In this document: one piece after another, positions 53,654-63,926 of the stretch | Numbering within the stretch: position 1 is the stretch's first letter | How the letters are laid out: every line of letters starts with the position of its first letter | Virus record (IMG/VR): IMGVR_UViG_3300037067_011443 | Strand: one strand, 5' to 3' | Source: an uncultured virus (IMG/VR IMGVR_UViG_3300037067_011443) | Lineage: Duplodnaviria > Heunggongvirae > Uroviricota > Caudoviricetes | DNA length: 64,000 nucleotides | Made by a program: the position numbers and the translations under genes | Notes under the pieces: model-generated | What the model was told of the DNA's origin: nothing | What the model saw: the letters and a program-made list of their open reading frames with translations, nothing else | Databases searched by the model: none

Positions 53654-53669
53654 TGTTTCACGTGAAACA
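53654..53669. promoter_or_regulatory. parS centromere site (ParB/Spo0J binding)
   Basis: Perfect palindrome TGTTTCACGTGAAACA. Confidence 0.85.
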
Positions 53670-54441
53670 ATCTAAATTTATATTAATAATAGCATCTATA
53701 TCATAGCACATTAAACATTATATATAATACATATTAAAGTAATATACATAAATCTAATTACAATACTAATAACTATATAAACTAATATAATAATCATAGC
53801 ATATAGTTATTAAAACTATATGTAATGATTATCAATACAAGATACAATATTATCTACAATAATTAATCATTACTGTTTAACTATGAATTAATATTATTTA
53901 AAGTATACTAAACGAATAGGAATTAAATACAATTAAACATATTATATTACTATGATATAAACTTAATCATTACATACTATAATACCATGAATTAACTATC
54001 AATATACCATACAAAGTTACTATACTATAAAACCTTATTAAACATATAATTATACTATGTATTATTATAATCCACAAATCTATAAATATACACTCAAATG
54101 AATATCTATACACAATCAATCACAACACTAATATAAATATAAATTATACCACAATCACATAGCTTTATAACGTCCAAAATTACCCTTTAAATCAATTATA
54201 TTTATAACTCATATAATCATCAAGGTATACATCAAATAGAAGGAAATCGCTACAACATAGTAGTATTAATGCATTGCAGACTTGACACAGTATACAACGA
54301 TATACACAAACATTATAATACATATCAATTAAGTATGTTATATAATAATGTATAGATATTAATACAATATTGTACAATATAACTACAATTATTTTTTACA
54401 TATAATAAGGTAGTAATATAAAAATAAATTTGCAAAAAGTA

Positions 54442-54470
54442 TTGCACTATCTATTATAATATGGTATATT
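54442..54470 (+). promoter_or_regulatory. sigmaA early promoter
   Basis: TTGCAC-N17-TATATT with extended -10 TG and an A-rich UP element. Confidence 0.55.
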
Positions 54471-54764
54471 TATATAGTAAGTTGATAGTCTTTAATAAGT
54501 TAGATACACAGTCAGTCTTGACTGTCTCGGCACTCTATGTGCGACAATTATATACAAGGTTACAAGATTTTACTACACACATTATATTATGTTGTAAGTT
54601 AACAAATACAACATTGAGATAGTAGTAAACGGATGAATCAAAAGTATATATACATAAGTTTAATACATTAACAATATAGCTTTTTTAATGCTTTAAATAG
54701 CTAATTTTAAATCATTAAAAAGGATATAAAAATCTTAAACAATATTAAAACAGGAGGTAATAAA

Positions 54765-54917
54765 ATGTTAAAATTAAATGATTTACATTACAGTGCTTGC
54801 GACAAATACAGTTTATACTTACAAACAGGAAATATAAGTTTTAAAATGGATGCTGACAAAATGATGGTAGAATACAAAAATAGAGGTGGAAAGAAGGAAT
54901 TAAAATATCATGGATAA
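54765..54917 (+). CDS. 50-aa early protein (not in ORF track)
   Basis: RBS AGGAGG; MLKLND...YHG. Confidence 0.65.
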   Translation: MLKLNDLHYSACDKYSLYLQTGNISFKMDADKMMVEYKNRGGKKELKYHG

Positions 54918-55071
54918 ACAAAATCAAGATGCATTTAAAAAAGGAATGACAGAACTTGGAGTAACAAACATTAAACTTTTTGAGTTAGGTATGGAGTTTG
55001 ATTTTAAAGGAATACATAGACAAGAAACATATCAACAATGTATGATTTATATTTTAAATGGTTTGAATTAA
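54910..55071 (+). CDS. 53-aa early protein (not in ORF track)
   Basis: RBS AAGGA; overlaps the previous stop. Confidence 0.55.
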   Translation: MDKQNQDAFKKGMTELGVTNIKLFELGMEFDFKGIHRQETYQQCMIYILNGLN

Positions 55072-55164
55072 TTTATTATTGTTTTAGCGTATAACAGGCA
55101 TAACACAGACAACTAGCACGTTATACGTTAGATAGAGTAATAAAAAATAAAATATAAAGGAGTC

Positions 55165-55461
55165 TTGAAAATGAGTAAATTTTATAATGATGTTGAGTTA
55201 AAAGAAATAGGATTATTTTTAAAAAATCTTTTAGAGGTTAAAAATTCAGAAATTGAAAACAAAAAATTGAATGACTTAATATTTAAATTTGGTTATGATA
55301 ATGAAGGGTTTTATAGTTTCAGAGGATATACCGAAAGTAATTTTATTAATACTTTTTTTGATAATAAAGTCAATTATGATATAGATGCAGAGATACCACT
55401 AGACAAAAGTTTTGTACGTTTTTACTTTAAAGGTGGTGCAACGAAAGAAATAAACTTTTAA
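55165..55461 (+). CDS. Hypothetical early protein
   Basis: RBS AAGGAG. Confidence 0.6.
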   Translation: MKMSKFYNDVELKEIGLFLKNLLEVKNSEIENKKLNDLIFKFGYDNEGFYSFRGYTESNFINTFFDNKVNYDIDAEIPLDKSFVRFYFKGGATKEINF

Positions 55462-55569
55462 TTTATTACTGTAAATACCCACAAACGACATAACAGCATA
55501 ACAGCACTACTTGTGGGTATCATAGAGTAATAACAAATAACAAAATAAATTATAAAGGGGTTTGATATT

Positions 55570-56058
55570 ATGAAATATTTTATCAATTGCAAAACTTTAG
55601 AGGAATTAAAAAAAGAATACAAAAAATTAGCAATGTTTCATCATCCAGATAGGCAAGGTGGAGACCTTGAAACAATGAAATTAATTAACGTTGAATATGA
55701 TATCATGTATCCTAAATTACAAAATATACATAACACGAACACTAAAAACGTTAACAATCAAGAAACAAATACAAGCGAACAAAGTCGAGAAATAATTGAT
55801 ACTCTAATAAATATGTACGGTATTCTTGAAATTGAAATATGTGGTACTTGGATTTATGTAAAAAGTATACCACAAGTTTGTAATGATAAACTAAAAGAAA
55901 TAGGTTTCACATGGTGCGGTAAAAAATTTGTATGGGCTTTAAAACCTATAGGATATATTAAAAAATCTAAAAAAGTATGGGATATGGATAAAATTAGAGA
56001 TAGTTTTGGTAGTGAAAAAATAATAGGTAACAACAACTTTAGACCATGTTTAGCATAA
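55570..56058 (+). CDS. J-domain (DnaJ-like) protein
   Basis: LKKEYKKLAMFHHPDRQGGD...MK.IN.EY. Confidence 0.85.
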   Translation: MKYFINCKTLEELKKEYKKLAMFHHPDRQGGDLETMKLINVEYDIMYPKLQNIHNTNTKNVNNQETNTSEQSREIIDTLINMYGILEIEICGTWIYVKSIPQVCNDKLKEIGFTWCGKKFVWALKPIGYIKKSKKVWDMDKIRDSFGSEKIIGNNNFRPCLA

Positions 56059-56188
56059 TTTATTTATTGTTTATGCATACAAATATTAATATAAATTGTG
56101 TGCATGATAGAGTAAATAAGCAATAACAAAAACTCTAATTTTTACATAACAGAACTAAAAATAAGTATCACGAAAGGATATAAAAATT

Positions 56189-56890
56189 ATGAACGGTAAT
56201 AAAAAGACTTTTAGTAAAGGAAATATGTTTTATAAAGAATATTCAAAAAATGAATTTATGTTTTTAAAAATGTTGCATGGTGTAGACGGTCTGCATTTAG
56301 ACACCATAACATTTGATAACACAGAGTATATTGAGATGCCAAAAGGACACGTTATAAGTATTGATACAATCCAAAAAAATCAAAGAAATAGTATAAGGCA
56401 TATAATAATTGAAAATATCCCTTTTATGCTACAACAAGTTAGTTTATTAAATGAGTTAGGTATCTATTACAGTGATGCAATGCAATGGTTATATGTTAAC
56501 GATAAAATGTATTTAATTGACATGGATATTTCATATTTTACTACTATAGATTATAGTTATAATAACTATGATTTATTCATAAATTATTTATCAACGTTTG
56601 ATATAGACTCATCTTATATAACAGAGTCATTACACTACTTGGACTTATTTCAAACTGATAAAAACGATATTAATGATACTTTTTACTCTGCATCTTATAA
56701 AGAGTTATACAACAAATTGCATGACGATACTATACAAGTCAAACATATTTATTTTTGCAGAAATCAAAGATATATACAAGCTAACATTAAGAATACACAA
56801 GTAACAGACGATAATGGAACATATTACATAACTGAACACATATTGAATCCAGAAATAGTAAATGAATGGGAACTAATAAATATTGCATAA
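56189..56890 (+). CDS. Divergent protein-kinase-like fold protein
   Basis: K...E...L...EMP.G...LNELGIYYSD...MYLIDMD. Confidence 0.5.
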   Translation: MNGNKKTFSKGNMFYKEYSKNEFMFLKMLHGVDGLHLDTITFDNTEYIEMPKGHVISIDTIQKNQRNSIRHIIIENIPFMLQQVSLLNELGIYYSDAMQWLYVNDKMYLIDMDISYFTTIDYSYNNYDLFINYLSTFDIDSSYITESLHYLDLFQTDKNDINDTFYSASYKELYNKLHDDTIQVKHIYFCRNQRYIQANIKNTQVTDDNGTYYITEHILNPEIVNEWELINIA

Positions 56891-57004
56891 AGCAACATAA
56901 CAGCCATTAAAAATTATATCAATGAACTACTACAACTGTACTAACAGTATTGCAATTATAAATATAAAATGTTAAAATAAGATATAATCAATTTTAAGGA
57001 GGTC

Positions 57005-57475
57005 TTGACCATGACAACAGCTAAAAATATTATTTGTGGAAGAGAAGTAGAAGTTACAATATTAGGTAAGTATAGCGATACACAAACTGAGGTAAGACAT
57101 AACAACAAAAATTTTGTAGTTAGTAATACTGATTTAACAATAAATAATAAATCTAAAGACAAATTTACATCTAAAATAGCGTATACTGTATCTCTTGATA
57201 AAGACGATTATACAAATGAAGTAACAGATAGATACCGATATTTTGATTTAACTATAACAGCAATAGATGAAGACACCGCAAGTAAAATTTGTGATAATTG
57301 TATTGAGTATATAGTAAAAAACGCTAATTTTGAAATTAGGTATGTTGGGTGTCCTGCTATAGATGAGTTAAACAATAATAAAGTACAATTTTGTGATAGT
57401 ATAGCAGTATATGATAAAGAAGAATATAAAGAGATAAAAGAGTTATATACGGAATGGAAGAAATTGTATAAATAA
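57005..57475 (+). CDS. Hypothetical early protein
   Basis: RBS AAGGAGG. Confidence 0.6.
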   Translation: MTMTTAKNIICGREVEVTILGKYSDTQTEVRHNNKNFVVSNTDLTINNKSKDKFTSKIAYTVSLDKDDYTNEVTDRYRYFDLTITAIDEDTASKICDNCIEYIVKNANFEIRYVGCPAIDELNNNKVQFCDSIAVYDKEEYKEIKELYTEWKKLYK

Positions 57476-57558
57476 GCTATAACAGAGGCTGATTGTTAAG
57501 CGTAACAGAATCACTATAACAGACCTAGTATAATGTTACTAGGTCAAAGGAGGTAAAA

Positions 57559-57795
57559 TTGTTTAATAGAGAAGATTTTAAAAAATCTGGTGGAGATGTA
57601 TTAAAAGTTAGAATAGGTAAACGAATAATATATTTGTATCCAGAATTTATAGATGAAGATACTCAAACTATAAAAGGATATCAAGTCAATAAACAAGGTG
57701 AAATTGTATATACTAAATGGTCACATAGAATTGAATTTACGGTACATTTTAGACAAGTTGCAGACTATTTATCCATATGGGCTGAAGAAATTTAA
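57559..57795 (+). CDS. Hypothetical early protein
   Basis: RBS AGGAGG, TTG start. Confidence 0.6.
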   Translation: MFNREDFKKSGGDVLKVRIGKRIIYLYPEFIDEDTQTIKGYQVNKQGEIVYTKWSHRIEFTVHFRQVADYLSIWAEEI

Positions 57796-57831
57796 CAGCA
57801 CTTAAAATTTATAACAGGAGGTAATAAGAAT

Positions 57832-58047
57832 ATGTTGACTAATACAATTATTAAAAATATCAACGGAAAAGAATACAAAGTACTTAGTGTAAAAGGAAGT
57901 TATACTTTACTTGAAAAAGTAAAAGGAGGATATCAACCATTTATAATAGTGTATGACATAAAAGAATTTAAAGATGGCTATTCATGGGGAAATGGTTATT
58001 ATTATAGTACTTTAGAAGATGCAATGAAAATTTTTAATAATAAATAA
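57832..58047 (+). CDS. Hypothetical early protein (WGNGYY motif)
   Basis: RBS AGGAGG. Confidence 0.6.
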   Translation: MLTNTIIKNINGKEYKVLSVKGSYTLLEKVKGGYQPFIIVYDIKEFKDGYSWGNGYYYSTLEDAMKIFNNK

Positions 58048-58083
58048 CAGCACTTAAAATTTATATCAAAGGAGGTTAAAACT

Positions 58084-58233
58084 ATGCAAGATTTAAAAAA
58101 TATTATTAACAGATTGGATTTATTATATAAAGATTTAAAAGACATTACATTAATTATTAAAAATGAAGAATACACTGAACAGCATAAATTAAATGTAATT
58201 GAAAAAAGAATTGAAAATATTTTAGGTGAATAA
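58084..58233 (+). CDS. 49-aa early protein (not in ORF track)
   Basis: RBS AGGAGG. Confidence 0.6.
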   Translation: MQDLKNIINRLDLLYKDLKDITLIIKNEEYTEQHKLNVIEKRIENILGE

Positions 58234-58246
58234 TAGGAGGTAAAAT

Positions 58247-58498
58247 ATGTTAGATAAAAAAATATTTGAATTAAGAGAACAAAACGACATTTATATTAAA
58301 TGTCAAGAAATTGAAAAGGAAAGATTGATTAAAATTTCAGAAATTAATGAAGAATTTCAAAACAAAATAAGAAAGCTTCAAAATGAATGTAAACACGAAA
58401 TTGATGGAATATCTGCTTTAAAATTTAATGGGCATCCAAACGAGTATAATTCAAAAAAAAGATTTTGTGTAATATGTTGTAAAAGTCTAACATTGTAA
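58247..58498 (+). CDS. Hypothetical early protein
   Basis: RBS AGGAGG; CxH...CxxC. Confidence 0.6.
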   Translation: MLDKKIFELREQNDIYIKCQEIEKERLIKISEINEEFQNKIRKLQNECKHEIDGISALKFNGHPNEYNSKKRFCVICCKSLTL

Positions 58499-58520
58499 CA
58501 ATAGGAGGTAACAAAAAATT

Positions 58521-58679
58521 ATGAAAATTAATAGAGTAGTTGAAGAATTAGAAGAAGCTAGAAAAAATCTTTACAATGCAACAAAGTATTTAAATCAAGA
58601 AGAAATGTTTATAAAAGTAGATATTGATAGACTAACAGAAAAAATTACAGAAATGATTAATAAAGTAGAGAATATTTAA
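58521..58679 (+). CDS. 52-aa early protein (not in ORF track)
   Basis: RBS AGGAGG; followed by the hairpin ATGCCTTGA/TCAAGGCAT. Confidence 0.6.
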   Translation: MKINRVVEELEEARKNLYNATKYLNQEEMFIKVDIDRLTEKITEMINKVENI

Positions 58680-59068
58680 TATTATTTATAACAGCATGCC
58701 TTGAAGTTATCAAGGCATTATTTTTGAAATTTTAACATACAGCACGTAACAGAAGTATCAACGACTTTTCACAATTTTACTATAACAGTGAGCTAATAAT
58801 AACTCTACGAATTATACACCATTTGACAATTAACTAAACCTATGATAATATAAATAAGTAATATAATTTATATTAATAACCAACAGGAATAATACAATCA
58901 AGGTTACTGGATAAAGGTATAGTAATAGATACAACAAACTTAGATAACTATATAGTAGATACTAATACCTTTACAGATAATAACTCAATGTATGACTTTA
59001 TAGTAAGCAATTACGGCACATTGGTAATAGGGTAATAATAATATAAATAGAAAAGGAATATAAACAAT

Positions 59069-59434
59069 ATGAAAACAATACAACTAAACCTTGAATTAGA
59101 TATTAATCAAGATAGGGAATACAATTACATAAAAGATGTATACAAGAAAACTAAACAAGATATTAATGCACATATAAGTAATATATTTGCATTTGGTAAA
59201 CATGCTGAAAGAAATTATAGTATACGACACGATACTGAATGTACCAATAAAGAGAATGAATATATTAATAGTTTAGCTGAAATTGAAACAATACAATACG
59301 AAAATATGTACAATGAACTATTAAAGATTAAAAAAGAAAATGTTATATTGCGTCAAGCATTAAAGCAAACTGATATAAAATTAGAACTAACTCACATAAA
59401 ATATTATGGAGATACCGAACAATTTATTATTTAA
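59069..59434 (+). CDS. Hypothetical protein
   Basis: RBS AAAGGA. Confidence 0.55.
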   Translation: MKTIQLNLELDINQDREYNYIKDVYKKTKQDINAHISNIFAFGKHAERNYSIRHDTECTNKENEYINSLAEIETIQYENMYNELLKIKKENVILRQALKQTDIKLELTHIKYYGDTEQFII

Positions 59435-59455
59435 TATTAAAGGAGACTAAACCAA

Positions 59456-59785
59456 ATGAGAATAAATAAATTAATTAAGTTATTAGTAATAACTATTATC
59501 TGTATTACATTATTATCAATACATGGAATAATCCAAGGTAACGGAACACAATCCACTATATACTTAAAAGTAGCCAACAATTGGGAACTATACACAATAT
59601 CATCTAACTATAAAGGTTACACATGTAAGCTAATAGTAATAGACTCTATATTGACCGTTGATAACTATAAAGACATAAGTATTATTAATATAAAGGATAT
59701 AAACTCTAAGCACTCACAGCAAGCAAATGAGACTATACAAAACTGGAATAGTCATATAAGTAATACTAATAAGGAGGACAAATAA
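59456..59785 (+). CDS. Secreted/membrane-anchored hypothetical protein
   Basis: Signal-like N-terminus. Confidence 0.5.
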   Translation: MRINKLIKLLVITIICITLLSIHGIIQGNGTQSTIYLKVANNWELYTISSNYKGYTCKLIVIDSILTVDNYKDISIINIKDINSKHSQQANETIQNWNSHISNTNKEDK

Positions 59786-59789
59786 ACAA

Positions 59790-60983
59790 ATGTGTAAAAT
59801 TAAAATTATTGATGCAATAATGGGAGCAGGAAAAACTTCATATGCAATACAACTAATGAATGAGGATAAACAAAGTAATTACATTTATATTACACCATTT
59901 TTAAAAGAAGTAAGCAGAGTTAAACAATCATGTATAGATAGATATTTTGTTGAACCACTTAATAATGGAAATGGTAAACTTGATGCATTACATAAGTTAT
60001 TAAAAGATAATAGAAATATAGTAAGCACTCATGCATTATTTAGAATGAGTAATGATACAACCAGAGAACTAATACAAAGTAATAATTATACTTTAATACT
60101 AGATGAAGTATGCGATGTAATAGAACAAATACCATTAAAGAAGAATGATTTATCAGTAATATTGGAATACTCACATATTGATAATGATTTTCTTGTATGG
60201 GATGATTTAGAATATGATGGTAGATATAACGATATCAAATTAATGGCAATGAATAAAACTTTAATGGTAGTAAATAATACTTTGTTAATGTGGAATTTTC
60301 CAGTAGAAGTTTTCAAAGCATTTAAGTCTGCTTATGTAATGACATATATATTTCAATGTCAAATACAGAAGTATTATTATGACTTACATAAAATAGATTA
60401 TGAATATTACACAGTAGAAAAACATAATAATATTTACAAGTTGATACCATATGAACAAAGAAAGCTAATAGATAAAACAGGCATAAAAGAAAATATACAC
60501 ATATTAGAAAATGATATAATTAATGATGTAGGCGAAGCAGACTATAGTTTGTCTGCATCATGGTTTGATAGAGATAAAAACAAATATTTAGTAGCTACTT
60601 TAAAAAAGAATCTCTATAATTATTTTAGACTTAAAATTAAGGCTAAAAGTGATTTTATTATTTGGACAACTTTTAAAGATTATAAAATTAAACTATCTGG
60701 AAGTGGATATACAAAAAGTTTTTTATCCTGCAATAGTAGGGCGACAAATGAATATAAAGAAAGAGATACTTTAGCATATTGTATAAATGTATTTTTAAAT
60801 CCTATGGTTAAACAATTCTTTAATAGTAAAAATGTATCTGTAATGGAAGATAGATATGCTTTATCTGAAATGATTCAATGGGTATGGAGGTCAGCAATTA
60901 GGGAAAACAAACCTATTAATATTTACATACCAAGTAAAAGAATGAGAGAACTTTTAAAAGATTGGTTAAACAGTGATTATTAA
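59790..60983 (+). CDS. SF2-like helicase/ATPase (YonV-like)
   Basis: DAIMGAGKT, LILDE and QWVWRSAIR motifs. Confidence 0.75.
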   Translation: MCKIKIIDAIMGAGKTSYAIQLMNEDKQSNYIYITPFLKEVSRVKQSCIDRYFVEPLNNGNGKLDALHKLLKDNRNIVSTHALFRMSNDTTRELIQSNNYTLILDEVCDVIEQIPLKKNDLSVILEYSHIDNDFLVWDDLEYDGRYNDIKLMAMNKTLMVVNNTLLMWNFPVEVFKAFKSAYVMTYIFQCQIQKYYYDLHKIDYEYYTVEKHNNIYKLIPYEQRKLIDKTGIKENIHILENDIINDVGEADYSLSASWFDRDKNKYLVATLKKNLYNYFRLKIKAKSDFIIWTTFKDYKIKLSGSGYTKSFLSCNSRATNEYKERDTLAYCINVFLNPMVKQFFNSKNVSVMEDRYALSEMIQWVWRSAIRENKPINIYIPSKRMRELLKDWLNSDY

Positions 60984-61380
60984 AATAATAGTAATTACTA
61001 AATGGATTAGTAATTTTAAAAATGAAACATAGGCACAGCAAGGGTTTAAAGGGTGTAGGTCTTAAAGATAGAGAGGGTAAATTATATTACTCTTTTTATC
61101 TTTATTTTTTTATATAAAAGTACAATCAAAGTCAAACCCAAAACCTTTTTGGTATTGCGAAAGGACCTCAATACCATTAGTATGATTATATTTTTGTTAA
61201 TTTTAACTCTAATCAACTATTAACCTCTACCATCAATTTTAAGCCATAATTAACTCACAACTACAAACTATATTATTAATACTGAAATAATCCATTAAAC
61301 GGCCAAATAGAGGGTACAATTTTAGATATAGGTATAAAAATACATACTAATAATAAAATAAATATTAATAGAAATAATTA

Positions 61381-61409
61381 TTGACATATAATCAATATAC
61401 CTTTATAAT
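61381..61409 (+). promoter_or_regulatory. Consensus sigmaA promoter
   Basis: TTGACA-N17-TATAAT; related promoters at 58823, 61851, 62698 and 63519. Confidence 0.8.
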
Positions 61410-61459
61410 AATAAATATAGTAGTTAGATACTAATACATATTAATGGAGGTAAATTATT

Positions 61460-61663
61460 ATGACAACATTATATCAAGCAAGGGAACAGGAATCAGCAGA
61501 ACGGTATAATATACAAAATGTAATAAATAAAGCATTAAGTAATAAAAATACAATACACTTTAATACTCCATCATTAAACAATTGGTATAAAGGATTGCAT
61601 CCAAGTACACAAAAGTTATTTATGACAGTATGTCTTGAGCATGATATTAGCATAGTACGCTAA
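61460..61663 (+). CDS. Hypothetical protein
   Basis: Promoter plus GGAGG RBS. Confidence 0.6.
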   Translation: MTTLYQAREQESAERYNIQNVINKALSNKNTIHFNTPSLNNWYKGLHPSTQKLFMTVCLEHDISIVR

Positions 61664-61930
61664 ATCAATAATAAAATAATGGGAATGAATATATTGCAAA
61701 CTTTAGGAGTGGGAGAACATGACAATAAACAATCAGCGATATAAATTAAATAATACTAAACTTATTAATTTATTAGAATCTATAATAGTTGGTATAGTTT
61801 TAGTATCTGCAATAATACTATCAATGATAATAAAATAATATTAAATAGTATTGACAATAACCAAAATAGCGTATAATATAGATTATGTAATAGTAAATAA
61901 ATTACATATCTAAAATAGGAGGGATTAATT

Positions 61931-62176
61931 ATGAAAGCAACAGCAACTAATTTTTATGTTAGAGATGTTTTTGGTCAATTATCTGAAATTGTAAATGCAA
62001 GACAGGAAATTGCTAGAGGTACAGCAGATTATGGAATAAACTGGAAATTTACAGAAGTTAGTAAGGATGAATTCTTAAAAATAGTTGATGCTGATAATAT
62101 GATAACTTGTATTAAAACTAAATCAAACAAATTTATAGAAGTTGACAAAAACGATATATCAAATTTTATAATCTAA
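61931..62176 (+). CDS. Hypothetical protein
   Basis: Promoter plus AGGAGG RBS. Confidence 0.6.
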   Translation: MKATATNFYVRDVFGQLSEIVNARQEIARGTADYGINWKFTEVSKDEFLKIVDADNMITCIKTKSNKFIEVDKNDISNFII

Positions 62177-62240
62177 AAAATCAAATTTAATCTATCCATA
62201 TTGGAATATTTTATAGGCTAGTAAAACTAGCAGAGATGGA

Positions 62241-62453
62241 GTGTATAAAATGTTATCAGATAATGAAAAACGTGACAGAGGTTTAGTTAAATTTAATGAA
62301 CTATCAGAAAAGGCACAAAAAGAAGCTTATGAACGGTTTGCATGGGATTTCGTCAATAATTGTTGGTCAAATAGAACTAAAGAAGAAAATATGTTGTTAA
62401 TAGAAAAACACTGGTTTACCTTAAATGGTGGATTATTTTGCGGAACTAATTAA
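62241..62453 (+). CDS. Hypothetical protein
   Basis: KFNELSE.AQ..A motif common in phage proteins. Confidence 0.55.
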   Translation: MYKMLSDNEKRDRGLVKFNELSEKAQKEAYERFAWDFVNNCWSNRTKEENMLLIEKHWFTLNGGLFCGTN

Positions 62454-62497
62454 AATTTTATGGTTATGCTTAAACTATAAAAGCATGGAGGTATAAT

Positions 62498-62695
62498 ATG
62501 GCTAGAGGATTTACAACATTTAAAAAATATGCAATTACGCAAGGTGTCCATAATGGACAAAATACGTTAGAGGCTTTACGATTGGTATATGAGCAAAACA
62601 AAGGCAGCAAATGGGATACAATAATTAAACTATTTAAAATGCAAGGACAACTTAATTTTTTAGAGCAATATAATAAAGAGATGGGATACAAATAA
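62498..62695 (+). CDS. Hypothetical protein
   Basis: RBS GGAGG. Confidence 0.55.
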   Translation: MARGFTTFKKYAITQGVHNGQNTLEALRLVYEQNKGSKWDTIIKLFKMQGQLNFLEQYNKEMGYK

Positions 62696-62732
62696 ATTTG
62701 ACAATTATTACAAGATAGTATATATTTATAAT

Positions 62733-62833
62733 GTAAGTTGTCGCTGATATTATTTATCAGTGTTGGATTGAAATATTAATCTATTGTATAGTAATTATAC
62801 AAGTGAGAGAGCTACTTTAATTAGTAGCTTTTT
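62733..62833 (+). ncRNA. Candidate small RNA (four hairpins, the last a terminator)
   Basis: Promoter TTGACA-N17-TATATT at 62698-62726; no ORF. Confidence 0.4.
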
Positions 62834-63596
62834 TATTGTCTTAAAACATAATAATAAGTACATGACATACTATAAATATTAGTTTATCTAGTAATTATAA
62901 CTATATTATATAAATTATAATATATTAACTAAGATTTATAATAAACAATAATAAATATATGATCTAGTAAATAAATAAGTATATATAATTACTAATACTA
63001 GATAAAACATAGTAACTTAATATGATTTAATACATACTATATAACCATGTATTAATACATATCAAACATAGTAAATTAATATATTTTATTAAACTAAAGT
63101 ATATTCAATATTTACGATATAATTTTAAATTGGTATTTAAAAATAATCAAATTGTACATAAATATAAACAATGAATATTTATTCACACAAATGTATAAAT
63201 ATAATCCTAAATCATCACACTATTATAAAAATAAATGCAATTATAATTGTAACGCTCTAAAATCAATTTTAAGCCATTTAATTGATATTAATATAATATG
63301 TAGGGTATCGAAGATAAATCAATCCTAATCAATTCGACATTATTCAACATGACTATCGCCTCCACTTTATGCATAAAAGCAGGGTAATTTTAGGGTTTAC
63401 TCACCACTTATATTATAGTAAACGGCTATAATATTGTTATATCAATGGTTATAAGGTATTTAGATTTATAGATTAATGTTTATACATTAATAATAAAATA
63501 AATTGAGCAATAAATGTATTGACATATTGGTTAATAGGGTATAATATTAATATTGTAAACAGATAAAAATTGTATTAAAAAGGAAAGCGTGATATT

Positions 63597-63926
63597 ATGA
63601 AAGTAAATATATACTATAAAGGGAGTAGACAATTGAATACATTCACAATAAATAATGTAACTTATTGTATTAAAATTTCTGAACATGCTGAATTAAGATT
63701 GAGCCAAAGAAAGCTAGATTTATTTAAAATTGTGGGAGCAATATTAAGCCTTGGAGAAAACAAAATTAAGAATTATAGCAACACTAATAAGGATATATTT
63801 ATAATGGATAATACAAATAATTTTAGTGTTGTATGTTACATAAAAAATTACACTATTATGATTGTAACTGTATTAAATAAAGCAGATTGTTACGTTCGTG
63901 AGGGAACAGACGTTATTAATTTATAA
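63597..63926 (+). CDS. DUF4258/RelE-like fold protein
   Basis: SEHA..RL.QR...IVTV pattern. Confidence 0.45.
   Translation: MKVNIYYKGSRQLNTFTINNVTYCIKISEHAELRLSQRKLDLFKIVGAILSLGENKIKNYSNTNKDIFIMDNTNNFSVVCYIKNYTIMIVTVLNKADCYVREGTDVINL

Larger units (their letters stand above)
55072..56119 (+). repeat. Three related intergenic hairpins (55072-55144, 55462-55533, 56059-56119)
   Basis: TTTATT..TG ... ATAGAGTAA(A)TAA base enclosing different upper stems. Confidence 0.7.

Noticed and set aside
55072..58065. CRISPR array
   Set aside because: The repeats are separated by whole ORFs of variable length, and there are no cas genes.
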